Shown here one piece after another: positions 50,768 to 64,000 of a stretch of DNA of 64,000 nt. The DNA lies in contig OX597824.1 in assembly GCA_951406725.2 (NCBI GenBank), positions 26,660,001 to 26,724,000 of the forward strand. Direction: 5' to 3'. The position numbers and the translations under genes are program-made. Source of the stretch: Octopus vulgaris. Its lineage: Eukaryota. Below the pieces are notes generated by a model. The model did no database searches, was not told where the DNA came from, and worked only from the letters and a program-made list of their open reading frames with translations. How positions within the stretch are numbered: the first letter of the stretch is position 1; every line of letters begins with the position of its first letter.

Positions 50768-50902
50768 GGAGTAAGTAAATTTGAAACAAGGAGGAAAAAA
50801 AGAGTACTCAAATACCAGAGGTAGAGTAATATGCTTTATTTAAAAGCAGCAGAAAAAGCCGAGTAACAGCTTTTGTTATATTTCTGCTGCTTTTAAATAA
50901 AG
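50765..50902 (-). mobile_element. Penelope-type element, same family as 49388-49601
   Basis: Shared end TACTCCGGTA; short inverted repeat CTTTATTTAAAAGCAGCAGAAA. Confidence 0.65.
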
Positions 50903-51176
50903 TATATATATATATATATATATATGTGTTTAAGAATCTATTATTGTTTATAGAGACAGAGATGTGCATGCTTTCACATGAGAACAAACATCCATATCTG
51001 AATACATACATATGTACATAAATGTGTATAGACACACATATATTCATATGTATAGACACCAATAGCTAAGCTTTGTCTAAGCTTAATTACGTTACCAATG
51101 AAGAAACCTAAGGGTGCATCAGTAAAATGCTACCGAAACAGTTGTTACGAAATTTATAACTAACTTGTGTTCTTCT

Positions 51177-51240
<64 letters not shown>

Positions 51241-51420
51241 AATATTAATATTAGGGAGTATAACTCCAAACTTACAGGGACAAATTCAATATTCAATTTA
51301 GTATTAAATCAAATTTCACAATATAAATATATAAATTAGAGATGAAACGTACGTAGTTTTTTTTTTTATATATTATATATTGATTATTCATTTTTATACT
51401 TTTTATGATCTAGTTACAAG

Positions 51421-51485
<65 letters not shown>

Positions 51486-51487
<2 letters not shown>

Positions 51488-51801
51488 AATAAATGAAAGA
51501 ATGGAGTCGAACGACGATTTAACAAAATTCCTTTATTCTCGACATATGTTTCGAAGACTGCATATTCCTAATTAGGAATATGCAGTCTTCGAAACATATG
51601 TCGAGAATAAAGGAATTTTGTTAAATCGTCGTTCGACTCCATTCTTTCATTTATTTATAGTAAAAAAAACACACAAATTTCCACACGAAAGCACGTGATC
51701 TCTGCCCCTGGCGTGTAGCTTCAACCGTGTTTTCTGACGTGAATTTGCTACCCGGGTATCGGTTAACCGATTTATCCATACTAGGATAATTCATTCAACT
51801 A

Positions 51802-51803
<2 letters not shown>
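51486..51803. mobile_element. Penelope-type element starting with a perfect 172-bp palindrome
   Basis: Arms 51486-51571 and 51572-51657 with no spacer; each arm retains the GAAACATATGTC half of the hammerhead. Confidence 0.7.
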
Positions 51804-51839
<36 letters not shown>

Positions 51840-52766
51840 TGTATGTGTATGTGTGTGAGAGAGAGAAAGAAAGATGACGTTTACCAGCATAAACAAAAAA
51901 TACAAATGCATTCTCGAGTTGGCTGCGTAATAATACAAGCTACGGAAATGGTAAGTTAACGAGATACTCTGAGCAGTAACTGGGAATAATCTCTGCTCTG
52001 CTCTGCTCTGCACTTTAACACTCACATATATTTTGTTATTTTGAATTATCCCCGTTGTTACTGGACCACGATATAACCAAACCTGCTTGTATTCAAAACA
52101 AAATAAATAATTAAATAAATAAAGACACCAGCAGCAACAGACAGATATACAAAAGCAAAAACAAAATATACTTAAAACAAAACTAAAAGACTTGTGAATT
52201 TGAAAGTGCCATGCTTGTCACGTTTCCTTCAAGTTGACTTATTGCCACGTGATGCTGTCTCGAAGACGAGATTCTAGCACATTCTCTCTGAGCTGTGATC
52301 TCAGTTCACTCATAAATTCCTACTAAATGGATTTAGACAAACACCCGATGTTACTCGCACTCGTCATTTCGTATTCACTGCACTCTGTGTGTTGTGTTAC
52401 GTTCAGAGTATTCTCTCATTCTCTCATTCTCTTATTCTCTTATTCTCTCATTCTCTCACTTCGCCTCTTAATCTTTTACTCTCTCTTTTCTCTTTCTCAC
52501 TCTCACGCACTCTCTCGACACACGCAAACACTGATACACACACGCACACACATACATATATGTACGTATTTACATACATACATGCATAGATGCATACATA
52601 CATACACACGCATATACATATCTACATGTATAAATGTATATATGTGTGTATATATATATATCATATATACATGTATAGATGTGTATATATATATGTGTGT
52701 GTGAGTGTGTGTGTATGTATATATATACATATGTTTGTCTATATATACATATATGATATGATATCA

Positions 52767-52800
<34 letters not shown>

Positions 52801-52854
52801 CCTCTATATCTGTCTATTTATCTATTTATCTACCTCCCCCTTTCTCTCTCACTT

Positions 52855-52934
<80 letters not shown>

Positions 52935-53418
52935 CATGCATACATACATAAATGCATACACGCACCCACACACGCATACACACACATATATACATACTCC
53001 TATCTACATCGGTAATCGGTTCTATCTCTTTATTAACTTCTCCCTCACTCTTTCAACTCCTTTTCTCTCTCTTGTTTTAAACTCACACAATTTCCTGCAT
53101 ATTCCTTCTTCCTTTCTTCCCCTCACTCTCCTTCCTTCCTTCCTCTCCCTTTCTCTCTGTCTCCCTATCACCCTGTGTTACTCTCTATATCTCTCTCTCT
53201 CTCTCTCTTGCACTTCCATCTCTCTGTTTACCTCCTCTCCTACCGTTATCCCCTCACTCATTCATTCAGTCTCTCTCTTTCATTTTATCTCTCCTTCCTT
53301 CTATTCTTTACTCCTCTATGAATTACTGACATTCTCTTTCCCCTCCAATACTCCTTCGGTCCTATCCTTACTCTCTCACCTTTTCTCTGACAATCTATCA
53401 TTCTTTCAATTGTTCACC

Positions 53419-53517
<99 letters not shown>

Positions 53518-53542
53518 ATTCTTATACTACTACTACTACTAT

Positions 53543-53594
<52 letters not shown>

Positions 53595-53938
53595 TCCTCC
53601 TCCTATCACTCTCCACTCCCCTCCTCTAACCATCTCCCCCTCCTCTCACCACCTTCCCTCATCTCTCCCTTATACCCTTCTCACCCACACCCCGTCCCTT
53701 CCCCAACTCTCCCTCGCCCCAGCCCCGCCTCTCCCACCTCCTTTACTCTCCCTTCACCTTCCTCCCCCCTTCCCCCCTGCTTCCGTGATTCAAATGATGG
53801 CTATCTTAGTCTTTCATTACTGTTCCCCAACCTTTTACTGTCTGTCTCTCTGCCTCGCCTTCTCTCTCCGTCAATCTCTCTCTGTAAATATATACATATC
53901 TATACATACATACACACACAAACACACACACATATGTT

Positions 53939-53981
<43 letters not shown>

Positions 53982-54065
53982 TTACAGACTCACGCAAGCA
54001 CTTTTGAATACGTATACAAGAGCGACTCCATGTATGGGTATATAGTTGCATTGACACACACCCAC

Positions 54066-54099
<34 letters not shown>

Positions 54100-54146
54100 A
54101 TATCTATCTATCTATATATCTATCTATATATATATATATATATATA

Positions 54147-54261
<115 letters not shown>

Positions 54262-54819
54262 TGTGTATATATGTGTGTGCCTCTGTGCGCGCGCGTACGT
54301 ATGTGTGTCTGTGTGTGCGAGTGAGAAAGTGTACAATATTTCACATATTCTGTGCTTTTGTAAGACCACGTATTCGTCTCTGTGTGTGTGTATACACACA
54401 CACACACATGAACACACACACACACACACACACGCACGCACACATAAACTAGAAATATTATTATTTCTAAATCTCTCAAAGAGAGATACACAGAAACAGC
54501 ACCATAAAATAATGACTTTTTGCCAACATAATGTGACAGTCCCAGAATAGGACGAATGTTATTGTTATATAGTCCAAGGAAACATCGTTTTCTGCTGGCT
54601 ATACGACACAAAAAAAATTCTGTGTCAATATGTTTTCGAACAGAGGAGATCAGCACCTTCACCCAGCACACTCTCGCACTCACGGACCGGTTTCTGGATC
54701 ATTGCTCTTTATAAGCGTGGAGTAGCTTTGGTTGGCTCGATGTCGCTACTGAACTGCTGTCGAAAATATATAGATTTCAAACAGACACACCGTCACTGAT
54801 CTACAAAATAGAAACATTA

Positions 54820-55049
54820 TCTTTATATAAAAAAAAAAATTACCATCATTTTTTCCATTTTAATGCATTTTTTCGCTATTATATAAGGGAAGTAACTCTC
54901 TAAAAATGTCTACAATGTGTCAACGATTTAAAAAAAAATTTACCATTATTTTTTTTCCATTTTTTTGCTATTTTTGGCTATAACTCTCTAAAAATGCTTA
55001 TATAGTTATTTCCCTTACAAACCCGAGCAACGCCGGGCGATACTGCTAG
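54820..55049 (+). mobile_element. Short non-autonomous Helitron
   Basis: A|TC...CCCGAGCAACGCCGGG..CTAG|T. The empty site is preserved in the tandem paralog at about 54449-54585. Confidence 0.85.
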
Positions 55050-55614
55050 TTATTTATAAATCTCTCAAAGAGAGATATACAGTAACAGCACCATAAAGTA
55101 ATGACTTTTTACCGACATAATGCGGCAGTCCTAGGATGGGACGATTGTTACTGTTATTTAACCACAGGAAACAGCCAGGTGTGATAACATACAACTAGTT
55201 ATGGTGCGTACTTCGGCATATAAGTGTCTCTTCAGATGACTTTTCAAAAGGGATATCGTTGAATAAACTCCGTTTCGCTTGTTTCGATTTTACTGCATTG
55301 CTATTTGCTCGTAGATTGTCGCCTACAGGCTTTGTATTTCGAGTGACACACACATTCACAGATATGTATATAAGATAAAGGTAGGATCCAAGGATTAAGT
55401 TGTAGAAAGATAGTACGCTTCGCGCAGTTCATTGGGATATAATAAACAACTTTCAGGAACAATAGTGGTTCATTGACGTAGAAGGTGGTTAAGATTTTTC
55501 CCGTATCGAAGTTCGATAAGCTGATAAAATTGTTTTATAGCTTACTGTGAGCAGCAGGGATTGCGGTGTATGCGAACAGAAACGTAGACAATGGAATAGA
55601 CAAAATCCAGGCTC

Positions 55615-56025
55615 TTTACTCTTTTACTCTTTTACTTGTTTCAGTCATTTGACTGCGGCCATGCTGGAGCATCGCCTTTAATCGAGCAACTCGACCCCGG
55701 GACTTATTCTTTTGTAAGCCCAGTACTTATTTTATCGGTCTCTTTTGCCGAACCGCTAGATAACGGGGACATAAACGCACCAGCATCAGTTGTCAAGCAA
55801 TACTAGGGGGACAAACACAGACACACAAACACACACACGCATATATATATACATATATACGACGGGCTTCTTTCAGTTTCCGTCTACCAAATCCACTCAC
55901 AAGGCTTTGGTAGGCCCGAGGCTATGTTAGAAGACACTTGCCCAAGGTACCACGCAGTGGGACTGAACCTAGAACCATGTGGTTGGTAAACAAGCTACTT
56001 ACCACACAGCCATTCCTCCGCCTAC
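55615..56025 (-). mobile_element. SINE family 2, full length
   Basis: Reverse-complement match with a (GAGTAAAA)n tail. Confidence 0.9.
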
Positions 56026-56817
56026 ATATGTTTCGTAGCTACTAGAATATCGGAAGTAGTAATTATCCAAATGAGGGGGCTAAAAATACCTTAATCAAAT
56101 GAAAGTTATGTTGTTGCCAGAGATCCCATGTTGACTTGCAGGAGTATACTTATATAGTCAATCCAAACATGACCAAGCAAGAAAAAACAACAAGAGTACG
56201 TGGAATAAGTACGGTGTTTTTGGACGATCAAATTCTACCGAGGTTAACTTTGCCTTTCATCCTTATGGGGGTCGATAAATTTGCCCGTAGATTATCGCCT
56301 ACGGGCTTCGTGTTTCGATTGACACACACACATTCACAGATAGTAGACATAACTATACTCCCCATTTCGTGTGCCACTACAAACTGAGTTCAAATTCCAC
56401 CGAGGTTGACTCTGCCTTTCATCCTTATGGGGTCGATAAATCAAGTACCAGTTGAGCACTGGGGTCGATGCAATTGACTATCTCCATCCCGTAAATTTCA
56501 GGCCTTGTGCCTATAATGGAAAGTAATAGTTATACTCTCCATTGAGACAGTTTACGCTCACATGTATACGGTAAACCCTCTGAAAAACACACAGTATACT
56601 GCGCGTATACAAACACACACTCACACACACATCTACAAATTACTATTCACACACACACAACTTTACAGATACATAAGCACACACATAAACACTCCTACAA
56701 ACACAAATAAATAAAAAATCACGAACATTCATACATACATACATACATACATACATACATACGTACATACATACTCTCTCACACATACGAATACATACTT
56801 AGACACACACATACATA

Positions 56818-56859
<42 letters not shown>

Positions 56860-57269
56860 CATACTTACAGTTTCCACTAAAATTCACCAGGCACACACAT
56901 ACACACACAAGCACAAACATTCATTCACACACAGAAAACAACACGCACACAATCACACAAAATATACACACACTCATTCACACACAAAAGTACACATACA
57001 AACACACACATTCATTAGCAAGCGATACACACATACACACATACACACACAACCGCAACCAATAATACGACATTTGTCTTCATTGTGTATGCTGAACAAA
57101 TATTGTGAAGCATTTTATGAGACAATTGGAGAAATTATTACCGAACAGGTAGAACAGAATCACGCAATATTACTTCATTCTTTTGTTCTCTAGTTCTGTT
57201 AATCTTTCAGGAGTTCAGTTAACACACGAGATATTAGCGGTCATTCTTTTCATTTGTCTGCTCCTCCTC

Positions 57270-57282
57270 TACCACCACCACC

Positions 57283-57314
<32 letters not shown>

Positions 57315-57780
57315 CAACAACAACCCAGCCCCATTCTTCTTCTTCTTCTTCTTCTTCTTCTTCTTCTTCTTTTTCTTCTTTTTCTTCTTTTTCTTCTTTT
57401 TCTTCTTCTTTTTCTTCTTCTTTTTCTTCTTCTTTTTCTTCTTTTTCTTCTTTTTCTACCACCACCACCATCACCACCAACCCAGCCCCATCTTCTTCTT
57501 CTTCTTCTTCTTCTTCTTCTTCTTCTTCTTCTTTTTCTTCTTCTTTTTCTACCACCACCACCATCACCACCAACCCAGCCCCATCTTCTTCTTCTTCTTC
57601 TTCTTCTTCTTCTTCTTCTTCTTCTTCTTCTTCTTCTTCTTCTTCTTCTTCTTCTTCTTCATCCTCGTTGTCCTCATCGTCACCACGGCCACAACTACGG
57701 TGACGAACACCACGACCACCATGGTCATCATCATCATCATCATCATCATGACCATCACAGTCATCGTCTTCACCGTCACC
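57270..57780. repeat. Compound trinucleotide microsatellite (CAC/CAA/CTT/CAT)
   Basis: Pure triplet runs with a repeated CCAACCCAGCCCCAT spacer. Confidence 0.9.
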
Positions 57781-58074
57781 ACGAAACGAATTTTTATACA
57801 ACTTGGTGTCTAGCAGCGACACCAGTGATTTTTTAGTCACTGCTTTTCGCAGCTAAATCTTACCTTGGCCTTCCTCTATGGCTAATGGATGTTTATACTA
57901 CAGATGACCTTCCAACAAAGCAGAAAATACGTGTTTAGCTATACCATCATCTCCGCTACACAATTTTCGTCTACTGAAAAACCGTTTTTTTTTTGCACTA
58001 TACCTCTATACGAGATGTTCTCTAACGATGTCAACCACCGAAACATACACAAACTTAAAAGCCTGTAATTACAC

Positions 58075-58146
<72 letters not shown>

Positions 58147-58300
58147 TTTATACACATACACACAAACACATGTATATATGTATATAAGAAAAAATAGGAT
58201 TTAAAACATCGTGGCAGATATCAATAAAAAACTGTTAAAAGAATTTGGTTAAATGTTCAACAACCAGATAACCTTGATTATATATATATATATTTGTATT

Positions 58301-58350
<50 letters not shown>

Positions 58351-58420
58351 CAATATGCAATAAAAATTTATAGGTAATTTATACATTAAATAAATAATCA
58401 AATATATATATATATACATA

Positions 58421-58800
58421 TGGAGGCAATGGTTAGGGCAGCGGACTCGCGGTCATAGGATCGCGGTTTCGATTTCCAGACCGGGCGTTGTGAGTGTTTA
58501 TTGAGCGAAAACACCTAAAGCTCCACGAGGCTCCGGCAGGGCATGGTGGTGATCCCTGCCGTACTCTTTCACCACAACTTTCTCTCTCACTCTTACTTCC
58601 TGTTTCTGTTGTACCTGTATTTCAAAGGGGCCAGCCTTGTCACTCTCTGTGTCACGCTGAAAATCCCCGAGAACTACGTTAAGGGTACACGTGTCTGTGG
58701 AGTGCTCAGCCACTTACACGTTAATTTCACGAGCAGGCTGTTCCGTTAATTCGGATCAGCCGGGACTCTCGTCGTCGTAACCGACGGAGTGCTTCCATCA
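58421..58800 (+). mobile_element. SINE family 3 (tail type b)
   Basis: High similarity to 19082-19457. Confidence 0.9.
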
Positions 58801-58814
58801 TATATATAATTATA

Positions 58815-59520
58815 TTAAGGGAGCAAGGGAGATAAAAAAAACCCAACTTATCTCCAACCTGCTTGAAAACTCCGAAGCAATCAAATATTACCAAAAAACT
58901 CCAGAAATATACACGAATTCTAGGCGAGCGAGTAAATAAACATTAAAAAGACTTCACGTTAATTGTGAAATGGGTCCAATTTCTAAGATTAAAGCCGTAA
59001 AAGAACAGGCTATTTTCCTTCGTCAATACAATACAAGAGATACATATACTCATTTACTTGTTTCAGTCATTTGACTGTGGCCATGCTGGAGCACCGCCTT
59101 TAGTCGAGCAAATCGACCCCAGGACTTATTCTTTGGAAGCCTAGTACTTATTCTATCGGTCTCTTTTGCCAAACCGCTAAGTGGTGGGGACGTAAACACA
59201 CCAACATCGGTTGTCAAGCGATGTTGGGAGGACAAACGCAGACACACAAACACACACACATGCATATACATATATACGACGGGCTTCTTTCAGTTTCCGT
59301 CTACCAAATCCACTCATAAGGGTTGGTCGGCCCGAGGCAATAGCAGAAGACACTTGCCCAAGGTGCCACGCAGTGGGACTGAATCTGGGACCATGTGGTT
59401 GGTAAGCAAGCTACTTACCACACAGCCACTCCTATAAATACAAATAATTTTACATTCCCGTACAAAACAGATTCGTACGTCCACATACAAACATTTGCAC
59501 GTATAGATCAAAGATATGTC
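58815..59520. mobile_element. Repeat of unknown class interrupted by a family 2 SINE (59052-59432, minus)
   Basis: Homologous to both arms of 60095-60615. Confidence 0.6.
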
Positions 59521-59734
59521 AGATTAATGCTTTTTCACGACAAACAGGTGTATATTATCAAAACAGCTCCGTATAAAATACTCTTCCGATCAGGAGTAAA
59601 AGTAATTATTTTATTTATTAATTCATTCTAGAATAGAAGGATAAAATTACCTTAATGTTTTTTTTCTTTTATCAGGTAGCTTGCAATAAAAATTTGCAGA
59701 CAATTTATACATTAAATTAATGTAGGACAAGATG

Positions 59735-60034
59735 TAGGACAAGATACTGTGATAGCCTGGGCTTCCGAGGCCCACAGCTCTTCAATATCCTCCCGAAGAA
59801 CCTAAGAGACCTGCATGGGGTGGATGCAGATGTCTTTAAAATGAAACTGGATCTCTTCTTGTCAGGTATCCCAGATGAACCAACTTCACGACAGGAAGTG
59901 CAGATGAGGGCAGCTGCATCGGACTCTCTCATGCACCAAATGGCAGTTGCTAAAAAGCATTCGTGAAGTAAAACCATGTAGCAACACCAAATGGCGGTGC
60001 CCCAGCATGGCCACAGCTCGTGAGCTGAAACTAG

Positions 60035-60068
<34 letters not shown>
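59735..60068 (+). mobile_element. CR1-group LINE 3' end with (ATCA)n tail
   Basis: RGPQLFNILP...FKMKLDLFLSGIPDEP, homologous to the C-terminus of the 43860 element; the 3' UTR matches the SINE family 2 tail. Confidence 0.85.
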
Positions 60069-60069
<1 letters not shown>

Positions 60070-60094
60070 TATATATATGTATGTATATAGTTTT

Positions 60095-60615
60095 ATTATG
60101 GGAGCAAGGGCAAAAAAGTACAACCTATCTCCAACATGTTTAAAAATACCGAGGCATTCGATATTACGGAAAAACTCCAAAAATATACACAGACTGTAGG
60201 CGAGCGAGTGAAAAAGTATTAAACAGACGTTAATTGGGAATGGGGTGCAATTTCTAGATTAAAACCATAAAAAAAGAGGCTGTTTTCCTTCGTCAACACA
60301 ATACACGAGATATATAAATACAAATAATCATACATACGCGTGCGAATCTGTTTTGTACGGCTATGTATAATTATTTGTATTTAAATTTCCTGTGTATTGT
60401 GTTGGCGAAGAAAAAAGGCCTCTTTTGTTTACGGCTTTAATGTAGAAATTGGACCCCATTCACAATTAACGTGAAGTCTTGTTAATACTTTTTTCACTCG
60501 CTCGCCTACAATCGGTGTATATTTTTTTGGTTTTTCAGTAATATCTGAATGCCTCGGTATTTTCAAGCTTGTTGGAGTGAGGTCGTTTTTTTCTTTGCCT
60601 TTAATCCCGTAATAT
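60095..60615. repeat. Diverged inverted repeat (about 240-270 bp arms) between microsatellites
   Basis: 60095-60335 matches the reverse complement of 60360-60615, e.g. TAGGCGAGCGAGTGAAAAA. Confidence 0.75.
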
Positions 60616-60641
60616 GATTATGTACATACATATAATTATTA

Positions 60642-61304
<663 letters not shown>

Positions 61305-61420
61305 ATACAATTGAAGCAATTGTTGGATTTTTAAGGTGAGATCTATAATAAAGGTATGGTTTTCTTCGCACGAATATATATAAACATGCACATACATACA
61401 TACATACATACATACATACG

Positions 61421-61454
<34 letters not shown>

Positions 61455-61719
61455 ATTTTGAAAAACAAACAAAAAAAAGAAACAAAACAAAAGGCAAAAA
61501 AGTTGAGAAAATATACTAAGGTCGATTCATTCGACTAAAAGTTCTTGAAGGCAATGCCCCAGTATGGCTGTAATCTAATGACAGAAACATGTAAAGGATA
61601 AGATATATATATACATAATACATACATAATACATACATACATGCAGACACACACACACTCACACACACACACACAAACACACACACAGACACACACACAC
61701 ACACAGACACACACATATA

Positions 61720-62082
61720 TATTCTTTTACTTGTTTCTCTCATTTGACTGCAGCCATGCTGGAGCACCGTTTTGGGTCGAACAAATCAACCCCAAAACTT
61801 ATTCTTTGTAAGCCTAGTACTTATTCTATCGGTCTCTTAGGCCGAACCGCTAAGGTACGGGGACGTAAAGACACCAACATCAGCGTCTTTTGCCGAACCG
61901 CTATTTTATGTGAACGTAAACACACCAGCATCGGTTGTTCAGCGATGGTAGGGGACAAACAGGCATAAACACACAGATACGGCGGGTTTCTTTCAGAAGA
62001 CACCTGCCCAAGGGACACGCAGTGAGACTGAACACGGAACCTTGTGGTTGGGAAGCAAAGTTTTTAACACTCAGCCACGCCT
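61720..62082 (-). mobile_element. SINE family 2, rearranged
   Basis: Family motifs with an internal duplication and a deletion. Confidence 0.75.
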
Positions 62083-62146
62083 TCACCCACATACGTATAA
62101 TATTATGCAACACGTACGAACACACATATATATGTATATTTATTTG

Positions 62147-62194
<48 letters not shown>

Positions 62195-62196
<2 letters not shown>

Positions 62197-62695
62197 CAAA
62201 TTGAGATAGGGGTTGTGAGTGCAACCCACCATGGGATAACAATATCCAATATATTGCCAGTAAAGCACCCAACAAAGTTATTACATAAATGTTAAGAATT
62301 GCGATGCAATTAATTCATTTATTGTATTATATGGGCGAAGGTAAAATGTTTTACCACAAATTTATAATACAAAATAAGAGGTAATAATTTTTTACAACTA
62401 AAAATAAGGGTGTCTGAGAGACACCATCATGCTGAAATAGCAGTCAAATCCCTGACTCTAAAAACCACGTTAAATGTTCATATCGCATCATGAGATAAGA
62501 CAGAGGGACAAAATAGACTAGCAAAAAGATATTACTGAATAATTCAAATATATTCAGTAATATCTTTTTGCTAGTCTATTTTGTCCCTCTGTCTTATCTC
62601 ATGGTGCGATATGAACATTTAACGTGGTTTTTAGAGTCAGGGATTTGACTGCTATTTCAGCATGGTGGTGTCTCTGAGACACCTTTATTTTTAGT

Positions 62696-62696
<1 letters not shown>
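62195..62696. mobile_element. Penelope-type element ending in a 146-bp-arm inverted repeat
   Basis: Arms 62396-62541 and 62551-62696 with a 9-nt spacer; same family as 22883-23525; (TA)n flanks. Confidence 0.65.
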
Positions 62697-62764
<68 letters not shown>

Positions 62765-62811
62765 GTGTATATATAAATATATGTGTGTATATATATATAT
62801 ATGTGTGTGTG

Positions 62812-62924
<113 letters not shown>

Positions 62925-62931
62925 GTGTGTG

Positions 62932-62962
<31 letters not shown>

Positions 62963-63558
62963 ATATATATATATAGACATATTCCTATAATCTTTTTGTC
63001 TTTGAGTATCTGATTTAGTCTAACCATAAATCCTAAAATTCACCAACTCGTTGTCATATAACCTAACTACAATTTATTTCTGTCATAACAACAACAACAA
63101 GACCCCGCCACCACCGCCACCACCACCAACAACAATAACGAAACAAGTAATTATATATTTTTTGTATATTCTAAACAACTTAATGAATGTCTATCTGGAT
63201 GATATTAAAATAAAATAAGCCAATATTAAATTGAAATAAAATACAAAAAACATGGAACAAAAATACAGCTGGTAAATTGTATGTGTGTGTGTGTGTGTGT
63301 CTGTGTGTGCGTGTGAGTGAAAGAGAGAGTGAAAGAGATACAGAGAAAGAAATTAGGAGAGAGAGAGAGTAAATGATAGACACACGGTCAGACATTTACA
63401 GCTTTGAGTGCTGACATTTATTTATGTGACACTTCAGTTGGGATTGAAACCAGAACTATTTAATCTCTATTAGCCTACATTAGATTGAGAAATAATAATA
63501 CGGAATAACGTTTCTTGACTGAATACACACACACACACATACATACATACATACACAC

Positions 63559-63611
<53 letters not shown>

Positions 63612-64000
63612 TAAGAAACAGGCTTGGCTGTGTGGTTATGAAGCGAGTTTTACAATCACGTGGTTTCGGATACAGTCGAACTGCACGTCTCTTGTACATA
63701 TGTCTTCTATTAAAGACCCTGGCCGACCAAAGCCTTCTGAGTGAATTCAGTAGACGGAAACTATGAGGAAGAAAATGTTCTCTAGCCGGTAAATTGACTG
63801 CTGTAGTTTATTAACTGCAGAGTAAATTCCGATCTCAGCGCGCCAAAGTGAAGACATTTGGAAGATACACATAAATATACATTGTGGAACTTTATACAAT
63901 ACTGGATTTCGGTCGAGTGCCCTGTATCTAGTTCTAGAAATTATGTTTCGCAAACGACAGACTATGCTGATGATCTTGCAGATGTTCGCGTGTACATATA

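Noticed and set aside
51085-51150. ATGAAGA...GAAACAGTTGTTA hammerhead-like motif
   Set aside because: C3 is missing and there is no clear stem I.
55203-55240. Minus-strand CTGAAGAG...CCGAAG hammerhead-like motif
   Set aside because: GAAA is mutated and the stems are poor; at most a decayed relic.
57183-57840. Poly-Leu, poly-Glu and poly-His ORFs
   Set aside because: Trinucleotide repeats open on both strands.

Overview
Eukaryotic, AT-rich, microsatellite-saturated DNA. The SINE families look like Octopus/coleoid cephalopod repeats (from recall, not verified). The left 36 kb is a tandem array of a divergent alpha-tubulin gene on the minus strand: two complete 3-exon copies (A: 15630-10611, B: 34641-30803, 447 aa each) plus exon 1, intron 1 and promoter of a third copy that runs off the left edge. 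Both proteins lack the K40 loop lysine and carry Pro in helix H7. The two genes are almost identical in their 5' part and about 8% diverged in their 3' part. The rest is mobile DNA: (i) an ORF1-only (HAL1-like) retroelement family whose 3' tail matches an abundant SINE; (ii) several short Penelope-type elements in (TA)n tracts that carry type I hammerhead ribozymes and long inverted repeats, plus a hammerhead with a G3:C8 core swap behind tubulin B; (iii) tRNA-derived SINEs with swapped tails, L1/Tx1-like and CR1-group LINE relics, and non-autonomous Helitrons. Most ORFs in the supplied track are microsatellite or antisense artefacts. All alignments, counts and RNA folds were done by eye.
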